Assembly (NCBI GenBank): GCA_048941285.1 | Contig: JBHLNS010000041.1 | Span: forward strand, 1 to 29,064 | Direction of reading: 5' to 3' | Source: Promethearchaeota archaeon | Lineage (GTDB): Archaea; Asgardarchaeota; Lokiarchaeia; Sigyniarchaeales; SOKP01 | DNA: 29,064 nucleotides | The notes under the pieces: generated by a model | Database searches by the model: none | What the model was told of the DNA's origin: nothing | Seen by the model: the letters and a program-made list of their open reading frames with translations, nothing else | Shown here: positions 19,037-27,744 of the stretch, one piece after another | How positions within the stretch are numbered: the stretch's first letter is position 1 | How the letters are laid out: each line of letters starts with the position of its first letter | Program-made: the position numbers and the translations under genes

Positions 19037-19609
19037 ATGTCAGAAGTAATAGTTATTATTCAAATCGTATTCATTACTTTAGGAATGATTGCCCTAGGAA
19101 TGATTCTTAATCGTTTTTTGGGATTATCAAAAGAAGTAATACAAGATATGAGAAAAAAGGCTCTAAATCTCCGAGAACGGATGAAAAATGCGCAATTTAT
19201 TGGGGATTATCAACAATTAGCACAAATTCAGCGGGAATCCACCCAATTTATGAAGATAATGATGAGAAAACAGATGATTCCGTTATGTTTGAGATGTATT
19301 ATTTTTATCGGGATTTTTATGGTTTTAGGCCTTATTTATGCTGATTATGAAAGTGGTTTGCTACCATTTCCCATTCTAATTTTTGGTAGTGGATGGGTTG
19401 CTATTTACTTAATCTTTTCACTATACTTTTCTTTATTTATTTGGGGAATCAAAAGACTTACGGGAATGGGTGGAAAGACGCAAAGTTCGTTGAAAGAAAT
19501 CATGGGGTTAGTATCCCCTCAACAACAAACAGGACTCTCTTCATATGCGGCTTCAAATATAACGGATATTCCTAGAAAGGATTCATGGAAAGATCGCATT
19601 GAAGAATAG
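19037..19609 (+). CDS. EMC3/TMCO1/DUF106-like (Oxa1 superfamily) membrane insertase
   Basis: TM1, then a helical hairpin with M/Q-rich end (LAQIQRESTQFMKIMMRKQMIP), TM2, a LPFP loop, and GWVAIYLIFS TM3. Confidence 0.8.
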   Translation: MSEVIVIIQIVFITLGMIALGMILNRFLGLSKEVIQDMRKKALNLRERMKNAQFIGDYQQLAQIQRESTQFMKIMMRKQMIPLCLRCIIFIGIFMVLGLIYADYESGLLPFPILIFGSGWVAIYLIFSLYFSLFIWGIKRLTGMGGKTQSSLKEIMGLVSPQQQTGLSSYAASNITDIPRKDSWKDRIEE

Positions 19610-19657
19610 GGAACTAATATAATTAACTTTTTAATTTCTTATAAGTTAAAAAATACA

Positions 19658-19951
19658 ATGAAGCGAAACCTTGTATTAAACATAATTTTTATCGCTTTAT
19701 TTATACTTTTTTTAGTTTTATCTTTGATACTCAATTCATTTTTCTTTATTCACATTATCTGCTTCTTACCCTTCTCTTTTAGCTCATTTAAAAGAAATAG
19801 AACATATTATGAAGAGAAATCAACTCAACCTTCATCCCAGACAGTCTCTAAAAACTTGGAAATAAGATATTGCCAGAGATGTGGTGGAGAAATAACAGAA
19901 TCCCTAGCAGTATATTGTTATCATTGTGGAGAAAAATTAAATAATAAATAA
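19658..19951 (+). CDS. Membrane hairpin protein with C-terminal zinc ribbon
   Basis: N-terminal hydrophobic ~40 aa; YCQRCG...YCYHCGEKL. Confidence 0.82.
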   Translation: MKRNLVLNIIFIALFILFLVLSLILNSFFFIHIICFLPFSFSSFKRNRTYYEEKSTQPSSQTVSKNLEIRYCQRCGGEITESLAVYCYHCGEKLNNK

Positions 19952-19964
19952 CATGTGGTAGATT

Positions 19965-20456
19965 ATGGTTGAAAATAACGATATTAAAAGACAAATGACT
20001 CTCTACTTTATATTTGCAGCAGCTATGATTGGACTCAATTATTTAATTCAAAAGTTTAATGAGTTAGTAGTTGCACCATTTATTTGCAGTAATTTTGGGT
20101 CTATTGAATTTTTTTATGTATTTTATTGTTCAACGGAAACAATTGATATGCCAGAACTGATTGGATCTATTGTAGCAGTTGGAATTACATACATTATTAA
20201 ATTCTTCATAGACAAATACATTGTTTTTAAAAGAACTGGTACTGGATCAAAACAAACCTCAATAGAATTCACTAAATATCTTGGTTTTGCTATATTAACT
20301 ACAATTGAAAATATTGGAATTCAATTTTTACTATCCAACTTTCTTAATTCACCACTAGAAATAAGCTTTATAATCGCACTTTCGATAGGATATCTCACAA
20401 AATTTTTCTTGGATAAAAGATATGTATTTAATATTAGAGAAGAAAAATTAGAATAA
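19965..20456 (+). CDS. GtrA-like membrane protein
   Basis: Four TM helices in two internal repeats ending KFFIDKYIVF and KFFLDKRYVF. Confidence 0.85.
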   Translation: MVENNDIKRQMTLYFIFAAAMIGLNYLIQKFNELVVAPFICSNFGSIEFFYVFYCSTETIDMPELIGSIVAVGITYIIKFFIDKYIVFKRTGTGSKQTSIEFTKYLGFAILTTIENIGIQFLLSNFLNSPLEISFIIALSIGYLTKFFLDKRYVFNIREEKLE

Positions 20457-20494
20457 TAAAAAAATTTAATAAGTCACTAGGTGATTTTAAATAT

Positions 20495-21589
20495 ATGGCT
20501 GAGGAAGATCGTGAGGGAAATAACGATAAATCTATTGTAGAGGCCTTAGGTCAGCTCGGTTGGGTAGAAGAAGAGGAAGAAGAAGAAAAACCTTTTGAAA
20601 GTGAAGATAATCTCAGAGAGCAACTTCATTTCTTTATGGAAGAAAATAAAAGATTAATAAGGGAAATTACTGATAAAGATGAAAAAATACAAAATTTAGA
20701 ACAAGCAGCTCAAGAATTATCTCAAAAAGCAGAAGACAATGCAACTCAGAGTCAAGCTGTTCAAAAATTATATGAAACAATTGAAAGCAAAAATGATGTA
20801 ATTGAAAATTTAACTTATACTCTCGAGGAACAATCATCAAAATCTAATACAACTATTACTGAACAAGATGAAAAAATTAAAGAATTAAATACCCAAATTG
20901 AACACTTTCAATCAGAACAAGCTAAAAATCAAGATTTACAAAAAAAATTAGACGATAAAGAAACTCTTATAAAAGAATTAAAAGAACAATTAGAATACCT
21001 TGAAAATGATTCAATTCAAAAATCTAAATTTGATAAACTTGAAGTTCTTTTAGAAAAAAAAGATGAGATAATCACTGAAAAAGAGAAATCTATTTTTACT
21101 CTGGAAAATGAATTGAACACATCTAATCAAAAAATCCATGATCTTCAACAACAACTAGAAACGTTCAATTTAGTAAAAAAAGATCTTGAAAAAAAAGTAG
21201 AACGAAATAAGACTTTAGTTGTTGAAATTGAAGAATTGAAGCAAAAAAACATGACAAATCTAGAATTGGTTGAGCGTTATGAAGAAAAGCTAGAAGAAGC
21301 TCATAAAAAAGCAGGAAATTTAACTGGTAAATTTGAATTAGAGTTAGCAAATATGAGAAGTATGCTTGACGACAAATCACATGAGGTAAAAGGATTGAGG
21401 GAACAGTTAAAGGAATTACAAAGTACGACCGGTGATACTATACAAAAAGAGGATAACCTTTTGAATGATCTCCAGCAAATTAAAGATGATAAAGTAAAAT
21501 TAGAATCAGAAATCCAAGAAAAAAATGATGAAATAGTTGAATTAAAGAAGAAAATTAAACTAATGCGAAGAGAACTACAAAAATCTTAA
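20495..21589 (+). CDS. Long coiled-coil protein without enzymatic domain
   Basis: E/K/Q/L-rich heptad-like sequence over ~320 aa with no Pro in the rod; acidic N-terminal head; AGGTGA RBS upstream. Confidence 0.88.
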   Translation: MAEEDREGNNDKSIVEALGQLGWVEEEEEEEKPFESEDNLREQLHFFMEENKRLIREITDKDEKIQNLEQAAQELSQKAEDNATQSQAVQKLYETIESKNDVIENLTYTLEEQSSKSNTTITEQDEKIKELNTQIEHFQSEQAKNQDLQKKLDDKETLIKELKEQLEYLENDSIQKSKFDKLEVLLEKKDEIITEKEKSIFTLENELNTSNQKIHDLQQQLETFNLVKKDLEKKVERNKTLVVEIEELKQKNMTNLELVERYEEKLEEAHKKAGNLTGKFELELANMRSMLDDKSHEVKGLREQLKELQSTTGDTIQKEDNLLNDLQQIKDDKVKLESEIQEKNDEIVELKKKIKLMRRELQKS

Positions 21590-21659
21590 TTAAAAATTAG
21601 TTTACATTGTTTACCATTAAAACCATTAAAAAAAGAGAAAAAATAAAATATTTAAAACC

Positions 21660-22670
21660 TTATTTTTCGCGCCACTCAACTCCACATTGGCCGCATTTAT
21701 ACTTTTTTCCATATACTCTTGGATAATCAAGAATAATATTAGATTTATCAACGCTCTCATGAATCATGTGAGGGTCATCGGTTCTGCATTCTGGGCAACT
21801 CCTTCTTGTTCCATCCATTTTCTCAACAGTTCTAATAGAAGTATCTGTTCTACCAGGTATTCCTGGTGCAGCCCCGGAAGCCTTCACCTCAGAAATCTCT
21901 GCTTGTATTTGTTCTGGAGAAACGTCTCTAACTTCTGATTTAAATTCTGGTTTAATGGCTCCTGCAATTCTATCATCTTCATCTTCTCCTTCTAATACTG
22001 ATTCTGCTTTTAATTGCACCGCATCAGATTCTTTATAATCTACTCCTCTTTCTAACGCTGCCTTAAATTCTGCATCATCCCCTTCTTCAAAGATAAATTC
22101 TTTTTGCAAACCAGCTCTATCAGCATCTATTGCGCGTGCCCACTGACCAGCTTTTACACGTTCAGTCACAGTACAAGCATTTCCTTGCCAAATATAGACT
22201 TTGTTACCTAAATCAGCAACATAACAATCTTCGGATTCTAATGATTCCTGTTTGTACGGTACTTGAATCATTTTCATCGCATTAATATCTTCGAATTCTT
22301 CCGACGAGACTCTATAAAGGACGTTTTTCCATTCTGTAAATCCCGCCCAATCACCTGTTGTTACATCTTTAAGCAGTGTTTTAGCAATATTTTTTTCAAC
22401 AATTTTCATTGCTCCCATTATACTAATCGTTTTCATAAATTCTTTTGATTCTTGGCCCTGATCTACCGTAATAATTTTAGCAGCACCACCACGTTGTTGG
22501 TCAAGCGTTCTTGCTTGAGCTGCACCTGCAGTCTTTTCATCTACTGAACACTTATTACCTATCCAGACATAAATAGTCTTTTCATCGTCTAAAAGGTAAA
22601 CATCCCCGCTGGAGAAGATTGGTTTATTGACTTCTTTTAAATTACCTTGTTCAATAATAAAAAGTTTCAT
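21660..22670 (-). CDS. Two-domain gelsolin-like protein with acidic linker and C-terminal zinc ribbon
   Basis: Repeat 1: FSSGDVYLLDDEKTIYVWIG..CSVDEK...VDQGQESKEF. Repeat 2: LESEDCYVADLGNKVYIWQG..CTVTER...FEEGDDAEF. Both are gelsolin-domain signatures. C-terminal CPEC...CGQCG. Confidence 0.92.
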   Translation of the reverse strand: MKLFIIEQGNLKEVNKPIFSSGDVYLLDDEKTIYVWIGNKCSVDEKTAGAAQARTLDQQRGGAAKIITVDQGQESKEFMKTISIMGAMKIVEKNIAKTLLKDVTTGDWAGFTEWKNVLYRVSSEEFEDINAMKMIQVPYKQESLESEDCYVADLGNKVYIWQGNACTVTERVKAGQWARAIDADRAGLQKEFIFEEGDDAEFKAALERGVDYKESDAVQLKAESVLEGEDEDDRIAGAIKPEFKSEVRDVSPEQIQAEISEVKASGAAPGIPGRTDTSIRTVEKMDGTRRSCPECRTDDPHMIHESVDKSNIILDYPRVYGKKYKCGQCGVEWREK

Positions 22671-22802
22671 GTTTAATTTTCACTTTTTTAGTTACATTAA
22701 ATTATTTTTTTAATAACATTATAAAAATAAGTTTATAAAAATTTTGATAAAAATAAAGATATTATTATTATATTATTTTTTTTTAGAAAGCGTCAAATAA
22801 AC

Positions 22803-24182
22803 CTAATAAAAGTCATTTAAAGCTAAATTAATTCTTTTAATCAATTCTGGGATCCTACTTTGATCTACAGAAGAATATGCAATTCGAATTCCATTTACAT
22901 TTTCGTCCAATCTCTCAATGGGGATTATACCTACTTTATAATATTTTAATAAGTGATCTGCGAACTCTTTTGCTTTAATTTTATCAGGATTTAAATTTAA
23001 AAAAACAAAAAATCCACCTGAATTAGGATCAACTGATATATTTGGATTATTTAGTTTTTTCAGCTCGGAATTAATACAATTATATCTTTCTTTGAGCAAA
23101 TTGTGCACTTCTTTTCTTGATTTCATGATTTGCTCCATTCCCTTGTCTTGGAATAATTTATAAACAAGTACTTGGTAGAAACTATTACAATTTGATATAG
23201 TTGCGCGAATAAAACCTTCTAATTTATTATGTATTTCATCCTTTAACATTTGTAATTCTTCATCGTTTTCTACCCAGTTTGGTTTTAACCCTATAGTGAT
23301 AAAACCAATCCGGCCTCCATAAATTAGAAGTTCCTTAGTAATTCCGTCTAGTTTAATGGGAATGATATTTTCTTCCAACTGGTGAAGATCATAGAATATT
23401 GACCTATTTAACACATTATCCTTAAACACATATGGCTCATACGCATCATCCACTAATATTATTATAGGTTTCCTATAATTTAATTGGCTTTCTTTTAGCA
23501 TCTCAACAAGTGAAGAACTTTCTTCTAATGTAGGGACATATCCCGTTGGATTATTAGGAAAATTTAACAATATCACTATTTTATCCTGTAACTTTGCAAC
23601 TTCCCTAATTGCTGTCCTTAGAGCGTCTATATTTATTGCATTGTTTTTAAAAAATTCAAATGATTTACATTTCGCCCCAATGAATTTGGTAACAATATTA
23701 TCATAATTTCCCCATCTTTTGTTTGGCAAGATAATTGTATCACTGGGCTTAAGAAAAAGGGCACAAGCTTGAAAAATCCCATTAGTCACTCCTCCTGTAA
23801 TTACTGGAGTCGTTATATATTTATTTAACCGGGAATGTAAGAGATCTTCGTTATTTCCATATAACGCCTTTTGTATAATCCATTTCTTCCAAAATTCCCT
23901 TGTATCCAACAAGCCCCCAATAGAGGTATAAGGAACGATTTCTTTAACACTAAGATTTGAATACTCTTTGATCTCTTTTAAATAACAAGGTAACCAATCA
24001 TTTTTTCCTCCTTCAATAAAATCTTTTTCAAATCCATAAGCCGCTCCTAGTGTGCCTATCAGTTCTGCTTCTTCTTTAGCTCTTTTAGCCCAATAAAAAA
24101 TCCCATCTGGAAGGAAAATTCTTTTTCCAATGTCTGAAAAGGCATTGTATAATGGTGTTTTTTGTATAATGCTAAAGTTCAT
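22803..24182 (-). CDS. PLP-dependent aminotransferase class I/II
   Basis: LNFPNNPTGY, DDAY, KLDGITKE (PLP Lys), GGRIGF, NSGGFF, IRIAYS. Confidence 0.93.
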   Translation of the reverse strand: MNFSIIQKTPLYNAFSDIGKRIFLPDGIFYWAKRAKEEAELIGTLGAAYGFEKDFIEGGKNDWLPCYLKEIKEYSNLSVKEIVPYTSIGGLLDTREFWKKWIIQKALYGNNEDLLHSRLNKYITTPVITGGVTNGIFQACALFLKPSDTIILPNKRWGNYDNIVTKFIGAKCKSFEFFKNNAINIDALRTAIREVAKLQDKIVILLNFPNNPTGYVPTLEESSSLVEMLKESQLNYRKPIIILVDDAYEPYVFKDNVLNRSIFYDLHQLEENIIPIKLDGITKELLIYGGRIGFITIGLKPNWVENDEELQMLKDEIHNKLEGFIRATISNCNSFYQVLVYKLFQDKGMEQIMKSRKEVHNLLKERYNCINSELKKLNNPNISVDPNSGGFFVFLNLNPDKIKAKEFADHLLKYYKVGIIPIERLDENVNGIRIAYSSVDQSRIPELIKRINLALNDFY

Positions 24183-24299
24183 AATAAATACATCTATTTT
24201 TAAAAATTATAAAAAGTCTTATCTAGGAATAAATAATTTTAGAAAGTAATTGAAATTTATTTGCTGAATTTAAATATTAAAATTAATTAACACAAAATT

Positions 24300-24761
24300 A
24301 TGAATAATAAAAATAATTTAGAACCTTCTGAAAAAGAAAAGGTATCTGAAAAGCCCTTTCAAAAAGGTTGGCAAAACTTCATGGATGGTATGAAAGATGG
24401 TTTTGAAAAATTTAAAAATTCTTTAGAAGAACAAACAAAGAAAAATGCAGAATTATGGGAGGCAAATACTGAAAAAGTCAATAAATTCTTTAATGGTGTT
24501 AAGCAAGATTGGGATACAAAGGTTCAAAAGTGGACTGAAGAAATGGAGCAACGAAGGCTAGAGACGAAGGAACAGTGGGATGCTCATAAGACAAAGATTA
24601 GTCAAGATATTAAAAATTGGCAAGAAAAGACACAAGAAAAATGGGAAGATGGGCTAAAAGTATTTAGGAAGGGATTTTTTCGAGCATATCTATGGCTATT
24701 ATTGTTGATAATTCCTATAATTGTAATTCTAGTTGTTGTAATTCGGTTGATAGGTATTTAA
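24300..24761 (+). CDS. Tail-anchored, Trp-rich amphipathic helical protein
   Basis: Charged helical body with hydrophobic residues every 11 positions; single C-terminal TM (YLWLLLLIIPIIVILVVVI). Confidence 0.85.
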   Translation: MNNKNNLEPSEKEKVSEKPFQKGWQNFMDGMKDGFEKFKNSLEEQTKKNAELWEANTEKVNKFFNGVKQDWDTKVQKWTEEMEQRRLETKEQWDAHKTKISQDIKNWQEKTQEKWEDGLKVFRKGFFRAYLWLLLLIIPIIVILVVVIRLIGI

Positions 24762-25418
24762 ATGATTGAAATCTTTATTATATCCTTTATGTTTGCTCTT
24801 ACTGGTGCTTTAGCTCCTGGGCCGGTATTGACATTTACAATTTATAAATCATTCAAGAGTAAAAACCCATTCACAGGATTTTTTATTGTTTTGGGCCACG
24901 CTCTTTTAGAATTTTCTTTAATAGTATTATTGTTATTAGGAGTTTCCTTTCTTTTCCAAAATCTTATATTTCTAACGATAATTGGATTAATTGGAGGGAT
25001 CTGTTTAATAATTTTTGGGTTTCTTCCAATACGAGAAGTATACAAGAATCGATATGAAATAAAATTTAATATAGAGCAAGAAGATATGAAAGCATTTAAG
25101 GGGAATAGTTTTCTGGGAGGGATTTTTTACTCAATTACTAATCCTTATTGGACTTTTTGGTGGTCTTTTTTTGGAATGACTCTTATGGTTAATTTAAATG
25201 TATCATTTCAAAACCCAATAGGGCTATTATTGTTCTTTATAGGGCATGAATTAGGAGATTTTGTTTGGTATGTACCAATTTCTCTTTTTGTTTATTATGG
25301 AGGAAAATCTATGAATAAAAGGATTTATAAGTATGTTTTAATTGTCTGTGGAGGTTTTATGATAGTCTACGGTATTTATTTAATTCTTAAAGTATTCATT
25401 ATTCCTCCAGGGGTATGA
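24762..25418 (+). CDS. LysE family transporter
   Basis: ALAPGPV, LGHALLE, FLGG...NPYWTFWW, about 6 TMs; start directly abuts the upstream stop (TAA-ATG). Confidence 0.92.
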   Translation: MIEIFIISFMFALTGALAPGPVLTFTIYKSFKSKNPFTGFFIVLGHALLEFSLIVLLLLGVSFLFQNLIFLTIIGLIGGICLIIFGFLPIREVYKNRYEIKFNIEQEDMKAFKGNSFLGGIFYSITNPYWTFWWSFFGMTLMVNLNVSFQNPIGLLLFFIGHELGDFVWYVPISLFVYYGGKSMNKRIYKYVLIVCGGFMIVYGIYLILKVFIIPPGV

Positions 25419-25575
25419 TTTAATACTCAGATAAATGGGAATTCCTAACTAAAAGTAGCATTTTAGAGAAGATTTTAATGTAAGTTTACTACGAATTAAT
25501 CTCTTTCTAACTCAAGGTATTTTGTAAATAAGTATGGCTAGACTCATTATTACTTAATAGATATATAAAATTTCT

Positions 25576-27627
25576 CTAATATCTTTCTAATCCTTGATCT
25601 TCTTCACTTTCAAATAATCCTGAATGAGGCTCAAGAAAATGATTTTGACACATGGGACAAGAATTATATTTTGAAAGCCAAAAAGCAACGCATAAATAAT
25701 GATATGTGCTCCCACAGAAAGGGCATGTTATTACTTTATCTTTGGCAAAATTAATGAATTTATGACAGACAGTGCATTGAACTTCTGAAGCAGAAATTCC
25801 TTTTCTTACTTTAACTCTATTAGATAAGATTGTCTCCAATTTTGCTAATTCTACTTGATATAGTCCCAAGGAATTATTCAATTGATTTACTTTCGACTTT
25901 ATCTCAGAAATTCTTTCCTTTAACTCCTCTTCTGATAATTTTTCTGCTAAGAATGATGATAGTGCAAAATTTAAAGGTAAACCTTCAAAATTTTCTGTTT
26001 GTTCAGTGATTTCAGTAATGGTAGCAAATAGAATTCCTTCTTTTTCAATTAGATCTTTAAAATTTTTAAATATCTTATTGAGAAGCAACGACATGAGAAA
26101 AGTTAATTGCTGTCTTTTTCTATTTAGGCCATCTTCCCAATATTTTATTACTTGATAAATATCTACATCATTTGTCTTAACAGATTCCAATTTCTTATAA
26201 ACCGAATCTTTAATTTTTTGGATTTTATGACTATAATCATTTAATATTTCTCTAATCCTTTTTAATTGAGGAAATTCTTCTTTTAATATGATCGATGCCT
26301 CATCCTCATAAACCCTAATTAAATCATTCACTTCGGAGATTTTATCTGAAATAAACTTTCTTATTTCGACTCTTAGTTCTTCATCCTCAACGGTCTTAAT
26401 AAAACTCAAATATTCATTTTTCCTACGAAAAATTTCAGAAGAAACATTCGAAAATATTTTTCTTAACGAAATTGTAATATTTTCATACGGATTTAAGAAA
26501 TTTTCTATATTTAGTATCCAATCTTCAATCTCATTGATCTTTGCAGAAAAATCTTCAATTTTATTATAATAAAATTGAGCAATTTCTTCAAATTTTTCCG
26601 CTTCAATTACATCATGGATTTTTTCTTGGAAACTTTTTTCCAAACCCATAATGTAGTTGTCAACTATTTTTGGTAAAAAGACACTAATTTTTTGTTCTTT
26701 AAAAGCTCCTAAATTAACACTTTCATCCTTTTCCTTTAAATCAAAATCTTCGATTTCAACAATTATATCATGTAGTTTTTCTCCAATTAATTCTCTAAGC
26801 AATGGACTGATATACTGTTTAAGATTTTTAACAGCTTCCTTCCTTTCAAGGATATTAATAAATTCTTCTCCTTGAAATATCTCAAATACGTTATTTGAAT
26901 ATAACAGATATATTAAATCAGAATAAAACTTGATCTTATTTTCATCTCTCAAGGAGAAGAATTGAAAAATTTCTTCAAAATGAAAGGTTAAAATTCTCTC
27001 TTTTTTATCTTTTTTCCTTTTAATCAGTAGAACATCATTTAAACTTATTATGAAATCGACTAATTCTTTAATGTCTTCCCAATTTTTTATCGAAAGAGGT
27101 ATTTCATTGAGTTTAAAATTTAAATTCTTAATTCTATTAATTTCTGTCCAAATAGTTGTTGAATCCTCAAAAACAGATTTTATCTCTCTAATTGATTGCT
27201 GGATTTCAGAGCCTAGACGAATACTTTCTTTAAGAAGCTCTTCTATATCCATTAAATATTTGTCTAATAGAGATAATTTTTTTGTTATCCGTTTTACGTT
27301 CCTAATATTAGAACTAAGATTTTGTAAATTGTTTGAAATAATTTGTAATTCTGCTAATACTTCACTTTTTAAATAAAAATAATCTGAATTTCTGGTAGAC
27401 AATAAATACCTATCAGAAAAATTTTTTAGATAATTTATATAATTCGAATAATTCTCATAAATTCCCGTAGCAAGATGAAGTTTTGATTTTAAATAATCTT
27501 CTATATTAAAAAACTCAGAGTCTCCAGATTTAGGTTTTGCAACCATTTCCTTGATTTCAAGAATCTCATCTTTAGTGAATCCATGAATATCTCTTAAATC
27601 ATTAAAAGAATTATTGGAAAAATTCAA
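25576..27627 (-). CDS. Long helical/coiled-coil protein with C-terminal C4HC3 RING finger (putative E3 ligase)
   Basis: CTVC-x13-CPFC-x4-HYLC-x3-W-x6-CPMC at aa 618-660; preceding ~600 aa look helical; TTG start. Confidence 0.85.
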   Translation of the reverse strand: MNFSNNSFNDLRDIHGFTKDEILEIKEMVAKPKSGDSEFFNIEDYLKSKLHLATGIYENYSNYINYLKNFSDRYLLSTRNSDYFYLKSEVLAELQIISNNLQNLSSNIRNVKRITKKLSLLDKYLMDIEELLKESIRLGSEIQQSIREIKSVFEDSTTIWTEINRIKNLNFKLNEIPLSIKNWEDIKELVDFIISLNDVLLIKRKKDKKERILTFHFEEIFQFFSLRDENKIKFYSDLIYLLYSNNVFEIFQGEEFINILERKEAVKNLKQYISPLLRELIGEKLHDIIVEIEDFDLKEKDESVNLGAFKEQKISVFLPKIVDNYIMGLEKSFQEKIHDVIEAEKFEEIAQFYYNKIEDFSAKINEIEDWILNIENFLNPYENITISLRKIFSNVSSEIFRRKNEYLSFIKTVEDEELRVEIRKFISDKISEVNDLIRVYEDEASIILKEEFPQLKRIREILNDYSHKIQKIKDSVYKKLESVKTNDVDIYQVIKYWEDGLNRKRQQLTFLMSLLLNKIFKNFKDLIEKEGILFATITEITEQTENFEGLPLNFALSSFLAEKLSEEELKERISEIKSKVNQLNNSLGLYQVELAKLETILSNRVKVRKGISASEVQCTVCHKFINFAKDKVITCPFCGSTYHYLCVAFWLSKYNSCPMCQNHFLEPHSGLFESEEDQGLERY

Positions 27628-27744
27628 CTTGATTTTACCCGTTCTTAGTACATGAGAATCTAATAATTAGTAAATTATCATTAAATAAATTCTTAATGGT
27701 AAAAAGCAGAATATTTTAAATATATAAATATAGGGTATAGGAAA

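Noticed and set aside
20566-20586. GAA/GAG trinucleotide run
   Set aside because: Simply encodes the poly-Glu tract of the coiled-coil protein.
20495-21589. SMC/Rad50 or myosin annotation
   Set aside because: No Walker A/B, hinge, Zn hook or motor domain; any similarity would be compositional.
24300-24761. SNARE or phage tape-measure annotation
   Set aside because: Periodicity is 11-residue and Trp-rich rather than SNARE heptads; far too short for a tape measure and no phage genes nearby.
25576-27627. Vps11/Vps18 or Nse1 orthologue
   Set aside because: No N-terminal beta-propeller or recognisable winged-helix domains; only the RING position or type is shared.
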